Shown: positions 24,146 to 37,760 of the stretch, one piece after another
How the letters are laid out: every line of letters begins with the position of its first letter
How positions within the stretch are numbered: position 1 is the first letter of the stretch
Assembly (NCBI GenBank): GCA_002269645.1
Contig: NIVC01000061.1
Span: 186,001 to 250,000 of the forward strand
Source of the DNA: Macrostomum lignano
Lineage: Eukaryota
Length of the DNA stretch: 64,000 nt
Direction: 5' to 3'
Notes under the pieces: model-generated
The model's input: the letters and a program-made list of their open reading frames with translations, nothing else
The model's database searches: none
Told to the model about the DNA's origin: nothing
Program-made: the position numbers and the translations under genes

Positions 24146-25385
24146 CACGTAAAAGCACTAGGCTTAGGCACATGGCTAAGTCTTGTGCAGCTACATGAGC
24201 AGGAATGCACGAATCAAGAGCACGCCGCTGTGGTACTGCACCCAATATCACCGATCGGTTTGCGCGTCTGCCTGCAGTGCCTTTGCGTCTGTCTGCTCGT
24301 GTCTGCTTGTGCCTTCTTACAGTGCATTGTACATCTTAGTGTTAAGCATGACAGGGAGTGAAATACATGTACGGCATGATCGATCGAGGAGCGCGCGTGA
24401 ATCGTGTGTAATTATATACTCCGATCAAGAGCATTACCGGATATCAAAATTCGCTGCAGGGGCTTCGGCTGACTGTGCACAGCGGGGTGGAGTGGTGGGA
24501 ATGAGGCGCACGCAGTCCACCAATTTTCACGACTCCATATGTAGGGGACTTTTATAGCAGTCCTCGACGCGTTTTGATAGGAGAAATATGTTATGTAGTC
24601 GCATGTATGGTCGCATAATTCACACAAATACTCAAGATTCATTAATGCCCGGACGCATATGGGTATGAGTGCGCATGGGGTGACGCATTTGCATAGAATA
24701 TTTACATCGTAACATTTAACCTAATGAACATGCAGTCTGGTATTGCAAAATTGCAAAATTGCAAAATTTGTTCGTTTTAAAAAATAAGGCACTTAATAAA
24801 ACAAGTCATCGATATAACAATAATTGTAAGCTATACAAGATATGCAGCTGTATCAGCTACATACGTATATCATTCATATGAAAATTTTAGTCACTTTGTC
24901 AACAAGCAAATGGGAAGGACCTAGGCATTGGTCACTTCGTCAACCACCAGTAAAGTCGCCCCAACACTTTGGTCACTTCGTCAACCGAGTTGACGAAACG
25001 CCAGTTGACGAAATGACCATCACCCTATAATTCGACACTAAAATCCTACATGCAAAAAATCAAATCTACTAGGCCTAGGTTTCCGGCTATAGCAATTTTG
25101 CATTCAATAGTAGGCTTTAGCTATATACGCTTTGATGTCAATGTTTGATGTCTTAGTGGACATTAAGTTGTTGGATGAAATTTACTGTCTCTTCAGCCGG
25201 TGGATGTCGCGCAAAAAAGGTGGGAAAATTGAGCTAGATGTATTACCTCCTGTCAATCATCGAGCTGGTTACCTCTTTAGTTAAGTTTTTGGAGCGTCAC
25301 TTTTGGGGGTGAGTGTATAAGAGGGCCTGGCCTCCCTACTACCGTAAATAGATATAATTCAATTCAAGATGTGGCAATATTATAG

Positions 25386-25729
25386 CAAGGACTTCTAGAC
25401 TAACAGGACGTAAAACTCAAAGATCGTGCAAGTTTTTGGAGGCCACGATTTCCTGGAAAAAATAGACTGCGGAGATATAGGAAAAAATCAGTTTTCTATC
25501 AGTGTAACATCAGTTAACATGTTTTGCTTGTTAAATTAAGTCTTCAAATTAAGTCTTATTCCAATAAGAATGGTAGTCTTCACTGCCCCAGATAAAAATA
25601 CAATCACTGATTTTTTGACGAAAAACTGCTTTTTTCCTATCTCCGCAGTGTATTTTTTCCAGGAAATCGTGGCCTTCAAAAACTTGCACGATATTTTAGT
25701 TTTACATCCTGTTAGTCTAGAAGTCCTTG
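25386..25729. mobile_element. MITE with ~120-bp TIRs
   Basis: CAAGGACTTCTAGACTAACAGGA... (25386-25505) is an inverted near-copy of 25605-25729. Confidence 0.85.
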
Positions 25730-26227
25730 TACTCGTATTATAGTACGAGCGTATTTCTGAAATATGAGCTACAGTGTATAAGTATCGGTATGTACATGTA
25801 GCATTTTTTAAACGTTAGAACGGATGATCCAGTGTCATTTTTTGCTAATTATCTGTAAACATATCAATCAAGTCTCAGACTCAAACATTTTGTGGGTGAT
25901 GCAAATCCGTAAAAATATTTTGCATAGATTTTAAGATAGCTTCAATATTGTTTATTTGCATTATTAAAATTGCTTAAAATCAATTCCGTGGTCGAAATGA
26001 TAATTGATACATAACTTTATCGACATAGACTTTGATTGGTGAAGCTGAATGGAAAATTAATTAAAGCATTCACTTGAGCATGCGAGCAACGCAAATAACT
26101 AATTATTATTTGTTTAGTAATGTTTCGTGACGGTGTGCACATGTACAAGCTGGATGCGAGCAGGTTTGGTGTAATAGTCAGTGATTCAGAAGCAGTTGTG
26201 GCGATTAATTATAGGTTAAATGTGAGG

Positions 26228-28265
26228 TCAGCCTTGCCCGAATGAGCGCTGTTGCTGTTTGTTTAGCCTAGTGCAGGAGTCCAGGCTTGTGGCGCATGAG
26301 TTCAGAGTTTTTGAGCACAAGCTGAGATTTCTGACGCATAGGTTCAGGATCCATCGTTCAGGGGATTCCGGCTTCTTAGGTTCACATGGAGAGGGAGTAG
26401 TTGGAGCACGAGTGGAGGGCTCAGAAGAGTGCGTTGGAACTCTTGGCGAAGACGTTGAGGCTTCAGGTCGAGCAGTCGGTTCTTCAGGCTTAGCAGTCGG
26501 TTCTTCAGGCTTAGCAGTCGGTTCTTCAGGTTTCCTAGTCGGTTCTTCAGGCTTAGCAGTCGGTTCTTCAGGCTTAGCAGTCGGTTCTTCAGGCTTAGCA
26601 GTCGGTTCTTCAGGTTTCCTAGTCGGTTCTTCAGGCTTAGCAGTCGGTTCTTCAGGTTTCCTAGTCGGTTCTTCAGGTTTCCTAGTCGGTTCTTCAGGCT
26701 TAGCAGTCGGTTCTTCAGGTTTCCTAGTCGGTTCTTCAGGTTTCCTAGTCGGTTCTTCAGGTTTCCTAGTCGGTTCTTCAGGTTTCCTAGTCGGTTCTTC
26801 AGGTTTCCTAGTCGGTTCTTCAGGCTTAGCAGTCGGTTCTTCAGGCTTAGCAGTCGGTTCTTCAGGTTTAGCAGTCGGTTCTTCAGGCTTAGCAGTCGGT
26901 TCTTCAGGCTTAGCAGTCGGTTCTTCAGGCTTAGCAGTCGGTTCTTCAGGTTTCCTAGTCGGTTCTTCAGGCTTAGCAGTCGGTTCTTCAGGCTTAGCAG
27001 TCGGTTCTTCAGGTTTAGCAGTCGGTTCTTCAGGCTTAGCAGTCGGTTCTTCAGGCTTAGCAGTCGGTTCTTCAGGCTTAGCAGTCGGTTCTTCAGGCTT
27101 AGCAGTCGGTTCTTCAGGCTTAGCAGTCGGTTCTTCAGGCTTAGCAGTCGGTTCTTCAGGTTTCCTAGTCGGTTCTTCAGGCTTAGCAGTCGGTTCTTCA
27201 GGTTTCCTAGTCGGTTCTTCAGGTTTCCTAGTCGGTTCTTCAGGCTTAGCAGTCGGTTCTTCAGGCTTAGCAGTCGGTTCTTCAGGCTTAGCAGTCGGTT
27301 CTTCAGGTTTAGCAGTCGGTTCTTCAGGTTTAGCAGTCGGTTCTTCAGGCTTAGCAGTCGGTTCTTCAGGCTTAGCAGTCGGTTCTTCAGGCTTAGCAGT
27401 CGGTTCTTCAGGTTTCCTAGTCGGTTCTTCAGGCTTAGCAGTCGGTTCTTCAGGCTTAGCAGTCGGTTCTTCAGGCTTAGCAGTCGGTTCTTCAGGCTTA
27501 GCAGTCGGTTCTTCAGGCTTAGCAGTCGGTTCTTCAGGCTTAGCAGTCGGTTCTTCAGGCTTAGCAGTCGGTTCTTCAGGCTTAGCAGTCGGTTCTTCAG
27601 GTTTAGCAGTCGGTTCTTCAGGCTTAGCAGTCGGTTCTTCAGGCTTAGCAGTCGGTTCTTCAGGCTTAGCAGTCGGTTCTTCAGGTTTCCTAGTCGGTTC
27701 TTCAGGCTTAGCAGTCGGTTCTTCAGGCTTAGCAGTCGGTTCTTCAGGCTTAGCAGTCGGTTCTTCAGGTTTAGCAGTTGGTTCTTCAGGTTTAGCCGTC
27801 GGGGCCTCAGGTTCAGTAGTTGAGGCTTCAGGTTTAGCAGATGGGAATTCAGGTTTAGCCGTTGGGCCTTCAGGTTCAGCAGTCGCATCCATTGAGTCCT
27901 CCGGTTTCAAGGTCGAATCTGCAGAGAGAATTTTGTGCATTTATTTTATTCAAAAGCATCAGCAGAGCTGCATATAATACTGATTTATTAGTCCCAGCCA
28001 GTCCTTAATCCTTGCATGCAACTCATTGCCAAGCAGTTATTCTCGCTACTCACAGTGTGCCGGGATGCTGATGAGACACACGTGTCCGATCAGCAGCAGC
28101 TCAATCAGCAGCAGAAGGAACTTGTCTGAAAAGTACATTTGAGTTCGATTAGGAATATCAATGCAGGTTCGAATTACTTTCTTGACAACCATACTGTATT
28201 GATAAAGTATAACCGCAGCAATCTTAGTACGCGCTCGTAGTCTGCTTACGGGTTTCAGCCGCCAT
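26228..28265 (-). CDS. Secreted repeat protein A, ~592 aa: signal peptide, 63x KPEEPT(A/R), Leu/Cys-heptad tail; exons 28265-28250, 28125-28054, 27918-26228
   Basis: Canonical GT-AG junctions, all phase 1, summing to 1779 nt. N-terminus MAAETHKFLLLLIELLLIGHVCLIS. Paralogous to genes B and C. Confidence 0.8.
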
Positions 28266-28369
28266 GCAGGTCCTGACTTATTGAAATATTCTGTTGAAAT
28301 GAGTAACTTCGCAGTGCCGCGCAGTTTTCGAGCAAGGATTCCTGCTGGAATTTCTAGAAATTTGGCCTA

Positions 28370-28375
28370 TTTATA
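28370..28375 (-). promoter_or_regulatory. TATA box of gene A (TGTCTATAAA)
   Basis: Same motif 102-110 nt upstream of the ATG in genes A, B (55019-55024) and C (62280-62285). Confidence 0.65.
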
Positions 28376-29549
28376 GACAGATAAATTTTTTCCGCTAACG
28401 AGTACAAGCTAGAGTTTGTGGAGTGATTCAATTGTTATTTAAACAAAGAAATAAAAATAGACTGCCTGTCGTGCTATTCATTTATACATGAGTCAGAAAC
28501 AGCCCCAGAGCAGTCTGAGCTGTGAAAGCCACGGGAGCTGCTGACAAGAATGTGTAACGTTGCTGTAAACAGATTGCTCAGATCACCAAATTGTTTTTTC
28601 CGCCTATCTCTCTCTTGCGGTTTTCTCAAAGCAATGGGGGTTGTCTGGAAGTGAGAATTCATGGTAATGGCCATTGACACGAGCGGCCAGCTAACTTCAT
28701 TGGTCAATTTGTCCATCAGAATCCGAGTGCGAAAGGGTAATGGGGGTGTGGGGGCCACTTACAACCATAGACTATTTTATTTTACGCTCATAGACTCGTG
28801 CATTTTCTAAAATGATATCCCGGTAAATTGCTTTATTGTCAATTTCAAACAATGACCGGTCATTGCTTGAATGTCATTGCCTTAACGTAAATTACCATAG
28901 ACATTTTGAACAATGTCTCTGATGCTAGTTTCAAATTTACTTTGTGCAGCAGGCCGAGGGCCGACTGACAAGGTGTTTCACTGCACGCCCGGGCTGGCAT
29001 CGCATTAAATGGCTAAACAGAGCTGGTCATTCTGGAGCAGAATGTGACTGGACAACAGACATGCGGAGCTGTCTCAGCAGCAGTTTGTGCCATTTGCCTC
29101 TGCACTTTGGTGCGGATGTTGCTTTTTTATTTGATTTAGAATTTTTTACTTGTATGACAATATTCTCAATCTAGGTGAGACAGAGGGAATTACGAGTACA
29201 CTACTTACAAAGAAGGCACTTCGAATATTCACTAAAAGGCTCGTTTCACGGGAGCAAGAAGGTGTACGGCTCTCATAAGTGCTCATCAAGATAGACTTTC
29301 GACCGTCAGAATAATTTGAAACAAATAAACCAGACAGTTTAAGAGCTAGAGAGGCACTTCCATTGACTCGTACCTAAAGTACCTATGGGCCTAAAGTACA
29401 TCTGTCAGTTTACGAGCTATAATAAATGAGGCATCAGAGCTCCCAAATAAGCATATTACATGCAGCCAGCCAGCTATCTAAAAGAAAAGTTAAGTCTGTT
29501 GAGTTCATAAATCCATGCAGTCTCAGATCCACGGGGTGACTCTCCGTCA

Positions 29550-30646
29550 TCACTGGCGAATCAAGCATTCGAAGTTCTTCATCGAGTAGAACAGCGTCAG
29601 CTCCAGGCCAGCGTCGTGCAGATAATAGTACATTCCTCCGCCTGAAAATGCGGCTGGTGGCAGCAGGTACACTCCGTTGGGGTTGATAAAAGTGCACCAG
29701 CCGAACCACCAACCAGCTGACCTGTCATGGGCGCAGCTGCCCCCAGCCCAGTTGTCATTGTCAGCATCCGGCGTGCTGAACTGCCAGCTGTTCGGTGACC
29801 AGTCCGAATAAGTTCGCTGTCCGACACTCGACCTGCTCGCGTCCAACGGTCCCATCGAGCACCTGTACTTGTCGGTCGCTGGGCCAACAGAGAACGGAGC
29901 ATTCTCAGCCCAGTACCAGGTGCCGTTCCAGTCGCTGAACTCCCAGCGGACTCTCCATCCTCCAGTGGCGGTGAGCTGGTGCAGCTGCTCCAGCCCCATC
30001 CAGTAGTTGAGACTCTCGCCCTGACCGAATCCGTTGACGTACTCCGACCAGCCACGGTTGAAGCTGACGGAGCCGTCGACTCTGCGCTGGAACGTCGTCC
30101 AGAAAATCTCCGACGGCTCCTTGATCTGCAGTTCGAGAGACAAAGCAATGCAGTCAGTGACTGGTGCTCAGGGGCTCAAGACTCAGCTCACTCACCCACA
30201 GCATCAGCAGACTCAGCTCACTCACCCACAGCATCAGCAGACTCAGCTCACTCAGCGACAGCATCAGCAGACTCAGCTCACTCACCCACAGCATCAGCAG
30301 ACTCAGCTCACTCACCCACAGCATCAGCAGACTCAGCTCACTCACCCACAGCATCAGCAGACTCAGCTCACTCACCCACAGCACCGGCAGACTCAGCTCA
30401 CTCACCCACAGCACCGGCAGACTCAGCTCACTCACCCACAGCACCGGCAGACTCAGCTCACTCACCCACAGCACCGGCAGACTCAGCTCACTCAGTCTCG
30501 CCTTGAGCTCGGATCGATTTGAGCAGCCGGTACTCGGAGACGTCGCCTCGGAGCTGCTTCCAGCTCGTGACGGCCGCCGAGACGGCCGGCAGGGCGAGCA
30601 GGGCGGAGGCGATGGCGCAGAGATGAAGACTCAGAGTTGGACTCAT
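29550..30646 (-). CDS. Secreted fibrinogen-related domain (FReD) protein; exon 1 30646-30492, FReD exon from ~30131 to 29550; splice phase unresolved
   Basis: WTTFQRRVDGSVSFNRGWSEYVNGFG, YWMGLEQLHQLT, FSTPDADND, C..GWWF..C...NPNG motifs. Signal peptide MSPTLSLHLCAIASALLALPAVSA. Confidence 0.85.
30181..30494. repeat. 30-bp minisatellite filling the FReD intron, 10.5 copies
   Basis: Unit ACTCAGCTCACTCACCCACAGCA(T/C)C(A/G)GCAG. Confidence 0.95.
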
Positions 30647-30739
30647 TCTGTGGCTCACGTGCTTGTCTGAGAGCTCTGTGGGAATTCTAAATAGCACAGT
30701 TGGAGCGTGAGATCTCCTCTTTATTATAGACATTTGCTG

Positions 30740-31353
30740 CTATTCTTTCCTGTCATTCATGCGATGAAAACCATCTGGGGAGATCGGATATTCAGAGACT
30801 TTCCTGTTCAGGTTAGGCATCGCAGAGCGGGTCTTCCTGTAGTCGGTGGAACTGTTCCAGTGAAGCTCGTGTTGCTGGTGGAGCCACCTGTTGATATGGC
30901 GGGTGATTTTCGACAATTCGAGTCGCGAATGGTGATTTGAGATAATTCTAATTCTGTTAAGGACTGAGAGAAATTTTTCGGTGGTTAAAGCCTTGATAGC
31001 AGCTTGGCTATCAGTGTAAAAGTTAATATTAAAATTTCTTATGTTTTCCTGGAGCAGGTGCTGAGACACTGCTCAATGAGGCAACTTTCGGCTTGGAAAA
31101 CTGAGGCATTCTCACCGAGATGCAGACTTTCCTGAAAGAGCATCTCACCCTCATGAAAGATGGCGATAGCCGCTCCAGTGTGGCCGTTAAACAGCGAGCC
31201 GTCAGTGAAGTAGTCAATGCCCTGGCTGCGCCGGTTCACACCGACATCCAATGCTGGGATGGCCGTCTGGAAGCTCCTCCTGGAAGCCTCGCCCGGGGCG
31301 ATGTGGATGTTAAAAGGTCGCGACGGAAGGAGTCCGTATGTGGGATTACCCAA
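30740..31353 (-). pseudogene. Non-LTR retrotransposon RNase H and C-terminal fragment (I/R1/LOA-like)
   Basis: YFTDGS..G..G....SVFQAE and [12 protein letters not shown] motifs, split by a frameshift. Confidence 0.8.
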
Positions 31354-32238
31354 GCAACAGGTACGCGCGTATTACGCGCATAAAACGCGCGTTTTCATTC
31401 GCGTTTTACGCGCGTAAGCTACGCGCGTTTTACGCGCATTTTTTGGTAATTCTGTACGCGCGTAAGTGAACGCACAAAATATGCGCCTTTTGTAACACAG
31501 AAAATACGCTGTAATAACGCAATGCTATAACTGAACCCCAGTGGCAAAGCCGAGCTCGGCCCAAGCTCGGTCCGCCGAAATCGGGCGAGCTCGGCGGGTT
31601 GACGGCGGTTCTAGCTCGGGCCGACAACCTCGGGCCGAGGTCGGCTGACCGCGGTAATGCCGAGTAGCTTTGCACTATACTTTCTATTTAGCTTATTATA
31701 AAGCTTATATTGCTTTTCTTACAGATTGACTACACGTAGTGCCACTTTCACTTTCTATAGACTTGTACTGTACATGTACAACTCAGTATTACATGAAAAA
31801 GAAAAGGTGAATGGGAAAACGACATGACACGAATTGAAACCATCGAGTTAAAGATCCCATGTCATTCCTAGCATGTTAGTGCATTGCAGTGGTAATGTAC
31901 GCTCGTATATGAGCCTAGTTATGGTGAGCCTCTAGTATAACTAGTTTAATTGATTTCCCCTAGGAATTAGATACATATCCACCGGACTCAGTTCTCTGAC
32001 CCAACAAATATACAACCAACAACCATGTCTAGGATTAAATGATTGTGAAATAAGACAACGATTTAGAAGAACTTAAAATAATTGAATTGAAAGAACACCG
32101 CAACAGTAAATCCACCACAAGCACACTAGTGTATTATCAAATGCTAATAATGATACAAGATTAACTTTTCAACCAATAAGCAGGAAAAGAAACAGAAAAA
32201 GTAGCTAAACAGCTGAAAATAGAGGTTGAGTTAAGGGT

Positions 32239-33000
32239 TGTGATACGGATTTGGTTGAGCATTTATTAACATTATAAACTGTAAAGACTTCACTTTAGAT
32301 TGTAGAACGAGACGCTCGATACGAGGAAAGCGACTGCAATTTATATTGTAAATATTGAGCACGATACATTGGGTGTAAGAGGCTAAGGGTGGAAAGCAAG
32401 AGCGGCCAGAATGCAGAGCGCACATAAAAATGTACAGCGAAACATCGCAGAAGGGAGCACGCAGCGAAACTGGTAAAAAACCACCTCAAAACACGGAGCT
32501 AACAAAACAAACAACAATTTGCCCAGCCAAGTCACCACACTCTCCCCACAAAGATTAAGCGTTGGATAAAAACGGGAATAAAAGACGCAAATCAGTTCAC
32601 AGTCCATAGAGGAACAGTCCATGGTCACTGCTAGCGCAGCCGGTCAGGTTAAGCTCTTGCCCTGGTCGAACGTCAAAGTGGTGCCGCAGAGCTCAACTCT
32701 GGCGCCTGGCCAGGTGTCTCCGCAGGGGCCTCTGGTTGATTGTCAGGCACCTCGGCACATAGCGGTTGCTCAACTTTGGAAGGCGCCGCAGGCACTTGAT
32801 TGATGTGCCGATGGACCTCTCGACCATCGTCAAACTGGCAAGAGAGACAGCCCTGGAGCAGTCGGTCACAACAGCGGGCTTCCAGCTGCCATCAGCAGCA
32901 AAGTCCCTCGCAACGACTGCGTTGCCCATCTCAATGTGGTGGTCATGGGCATGGGTGTCATGCTGCTGCTTCTGGATTGCTTGTGGGGAGGCTTAGAATC
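32239..33000 (-). mobile_element. 3' fragment of a second Gypsy-type element: integrase tail, PPT and 301-bp LTR (32239-32539)
   Basis: QKQQHD..IEMGNAVVARDF..WKPAVV..(fs)DDGREVHRHINQV, then GGGGAGAG PPT, then TGTGGTG...TATCACA with AATAAA near the end. Confidence 0.75.
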
Positions 33001-33780
33001 TCACCCCATTTTCTCAGTGTTGTATCTAGAACATCAAGGGGGTTAGAAATGAAGCCATATGATGAAAAAGTAAAAAAATGGAATCAAATGCATAAACTGA
33101 AAAACAAAAATGAAACCCAAATCTGGCCTGCAGTGCAAAACTGATGCCAAATGTGGCATAGGGCCCTAGTATATAAAAATAGCATCAAGATCTATTCTAT
33201 AATGCAAAAATAAAATAAAAACCTATAATAGTAAAATAAGTATACTATAGTTATACTAAAGTCATTAGAAAAATAATATAGTATAATATGAATACTGTGA
33301 ATCAATTCAAAAAAGTAAAAAATCTGGCATATATAGCAAAATTACATTAAATTGCCTGCCATAAAATGCACAATTGGCATTATATCCTGGCCTATAGTAT
33401 ATAAACAATGCCTTAAATCAATACAAATATTAGTCAGTTTATGCATTAAAATGCTAGCTCGTAGGAATGTTGCCGAAAAAGGAGTTTTGATAAATGAACT
33501 GCAATTTGTATTTTAAAAAATAATTTAGGAACAAAGAGTGTAATGAAAGAGCAACTCAAATTAACTGAGTAGTGATGAGCAGTGATTAGTGATTATTAAG
33601 CATAAAAGAAAAAACTGCAAAAGCACACGAAAGTATACGAGCATACTTATGTACACAATTCTGACCGAGTTGAAAAAAGTGAAAAGTAAAAGGATTTGGA
33701 TTACCAATTATTTTCAAACAAAAAGCAACTAAATCTAGTTAAATAAGTGAATATAAATGTAAAAAGGAAACAACAATGAA

Positions 33781-34296
<516 letters not shown>

Positions 34297-34324
34297 TAGA
34301 CGGGGACGGGGAACATTGGACTTG

Positions 34325-34530
34325 CGGAAGGGGCCGCAGCCTAGCGGTCTAAGGCGGCGCTCTGATCTGCCAGCGGCCGGGGCTCGATTCCAAAGTGCAG
34401 TCACATTAATTTAAAGCTAAATTAGAACCTCGGCTTGGCTCTACCTTTGCCATTAACCCCAAGGCACAGAGTAGTGCACATGCCTAAAGATAAAAGGTTA
34501 GAGCCGCTGTGTTCACTGATTCTCTGAACA
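34325..34530 (+). mobile_element. tRNA-derived SINE-like repeat
   Basis: A-box-like GCAGCCTAGCGGTCTAAGGCG and B-box-like GGCTCGATTCC; second copy at 4380-4650. Confidence 0.55.
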
Positions 34531-34697
34531 GTGCTGCTGGTCTTGAAAAATTTAGTGACAATTTTCAGTGTGCCATTTTCACTTCCGACTTGCTTATCAA
34601 ATAGCTACAAACTCGGTCCGATAATTTGATAGCGCGGTTGTAAGCCAAGCAGTGTATTTATCAATTAAACAATTTGAAAAGTTCAAAAACCAACACT

Positions 34698-34776
34698 TAA
34701 ACACGACTGCCCGTAAACACGACTGCCCGTAAACACGACTGCCCGTAAACACGACTGCCCGTAAACACGACTGCCC
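34698..34776. repeat. 16-bp tandem repeat (TAAACACGACTGCCCG) x5
   Basis: Direct observation, just 3' of the peptide gene stop. Confidence 0.9.
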
Positions 34777-34800
34777 ATTTGCACTGTCAGCATCTGGGAT

Positions 34801-35616
<816 letters not shown>

Positions 35617-36344
35617 TCTTTCAGTTGCCAAGGTGTAGTGGACTCAATATGAATTGCAGAAGCTGGACTAAACCTATGCAATTTTTTATTCAAAGTGAGT
35701 TCGTCGTGGGAGTTGACAGCGTTGATCGCTTTTTAACTGCTTTGCAGGCTTGCATGTACAGGCTGGGCCGAGAGTTTGTCTATGGCTCAACTCGAGAGAC
35801 GGTCCCATAACCTGTACTGGCGTCAACTTGTCTTGATTTTGTCTATGGTAATAAGTCGATATTCAAGAATGGGGCTCATGCTCGCTTGCGAACAACAACA
35901 GTGTTTGGTGCTTGGATGGTTGGACCATAGACTATGGAATGAGCAACATAGAGACGGACAGAATAATAGCGAGCTCTCGAAAGCAAGGACTCTGCGTGCT
36001 TTATTAGACTGAGTGAGGTAAACCAGGGTCAATATAGAAGAATACAAGCTGTTGAAACCCGCGGATTTTGAACCCGGGGAATTCCAATCCCCGGAACTAC
36101 TTTTGCATGTATTCTGAAATCTAAGGCCATACACAAACAAAAACTTGTTAATAGTTAGTAGGATAGAGGTAGACATAAAATGAAGCACATTCGTGTAAAA
36201 TTAGGATTTGAGGCAAACATTGATATTGTTGTCTGGGGTACTGCGCAGAATGTCAGGCAATGTCTGTCTGACTCTAAAACATGTATGGGCAAACTCTGGC
36301 CTCTCCCTGCCTCTCCCTACGTCCCTTGGATCCTTTAAAATTTC

Positions 36345-36941
36345 TATCGTCTCTTCTGTTTCCTCTCTTCTCTCTCGTCCCTCGTCTCTCCTCTCTCATC
36401 TCTCCCCTCTTCTCTCGTATCTTCCCTCATCTCTCTTCTCTTTCATCTCTCTTCTCTTTCATCTCTCTTATCTCATCTCATGTCTCTTCTTTTCTCTCTC
36501 CTCTCCTCTCTCCTCTCTACTTTTTCGTTTTCTCTCTCCTCTCCTCTCTCCTCCCTACTCTTTCGTTTTCTCTCTCCTCTCCTCTCTCCTCTCTTATCTT
36601 TTCTCGTATCTTCCCTCATCTCTCTTTTCTTTCATTTCTCTTATCTCATCTCTTCCCTCTTCTTTTCTCTCTCCTCTCCTCTCTCCTCTCCCCCTCTTCT
36701 CTCGTCTCTTCCTTCTCCTCTCTATTCTTTTCTCTCTTCTCTTAACTGTCTCCTCTACTCTCTCATCTCTCCTCTCTACTCGTTCCTCTCTCTCTCTCCT
36801 CTCATCTCTTCTTTCCTCTCTCCTCTCTCCCCTCTTCTCTCGTCTCTTCCCTCACCTCTTTTTTCTCTCTCGCCTTTGCTCTTTCATCTTTCCTTTCTTT
36901 TCTTTTATCTTTTCTCTCTTATCTCTTCTCATTTCTCTCTG

Positions 36942-37019
<78 letters not shown>

Positions 37020-37760
37020 GTCTTTCTCTCTTATCTCTCCTCCTCTCTCTACTCTCTCCCCTCTCCATTCTCCTCTTTCCTCTCCTCTCTCCTCACTCAC
37101 TTCTCTACATTTGTCTCTCTTCTCTCCTCTCGTCTCCGTAATCTCTTATCTCTTCTCTGTTCTCTCTACTCTCCCATCTTTCATCTGTTCACTCTCGTCT
37201 CTGCTCTCTCATCCCCCTCTTTAATCTGGCATCTCAGTCTTATATGTTCTCTCACCTCTCTCCTCTGTACTCTTTTCTTTCCCCTCTTTTGACTCCTCAC
37301 TTTCCTTTCTCCTTACTTTTTTCTCTTCTCTTCCCTTTTCTATACTCTCTCTCCCTCTCTTCTCTCTCTCGAGTCTCCTCTCTCCTTTATCTCTCATCTC
37401 TCATTTCTCATCTCTCCTTCCACCTCTCTCATCTCTACAACCTTGGAGATGTAGAGATGTATCTTTATCTCTTCTCTCTTCCCCAGTGGTGGGAGTGAGG
37501 AGTGCCCATTTTTTCGCGCCGCAAGCTTTTTTGTGTCAATCTTTTGTGTCAACTCTCTGCTCTCCTCTCTGCTGTCTCCTCTCATCTGCAGCTCTCTACT
37601 CTCATCTCTACTCTCTCCTCTCGCTTTTCCTCTCTCCCCTCTTCTCCCCCTCTCTCTCATCGTCCTCACCCCCTCATCTCTCCTATTATCTTTTATATTT
37701 TCTTTTATCCCCTCTTTCGCTTCTCCTCTCTTCGAATCGTCTATTCCTTCTTTCCACTTT
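36345..37760. repeat. Polypyrimidine CT-rich low-complexity tract with a pure (CT)n core near 36945-37013
   Basis: Direct observation. Confidence 0.9.

Larger units (their letters stand above)
22230..25025. mobile_element. Non-autonomous DNA element with TTCGTCAACT subterminal arrays (Mutator-like), carrying nested fragments
   Basis: GTCATTTCGTCAACTGGCGTTTCGTCAACT at 22237 is inverted at 24989-25018. Degenerate 9-bp flanks CATAACTCA and TATAATTCG. Confidence 0.6.

Noticed and set aside
26259-27977. Plus-strand ORFs over the repeat stalks (AVGSSGL; also FQVEQS at 60784-61902)
   Set aside because: Antisense to spliced genes with signal exons; no independent start or splice support.
28054-28138. 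ATG at 28138 (MYFSDKF...) as the start of gene A
   Set aside because: It lies just upstream of the tacttttcag acceptor; the 16-nt upstream exon matches genes B and C and is the better start.
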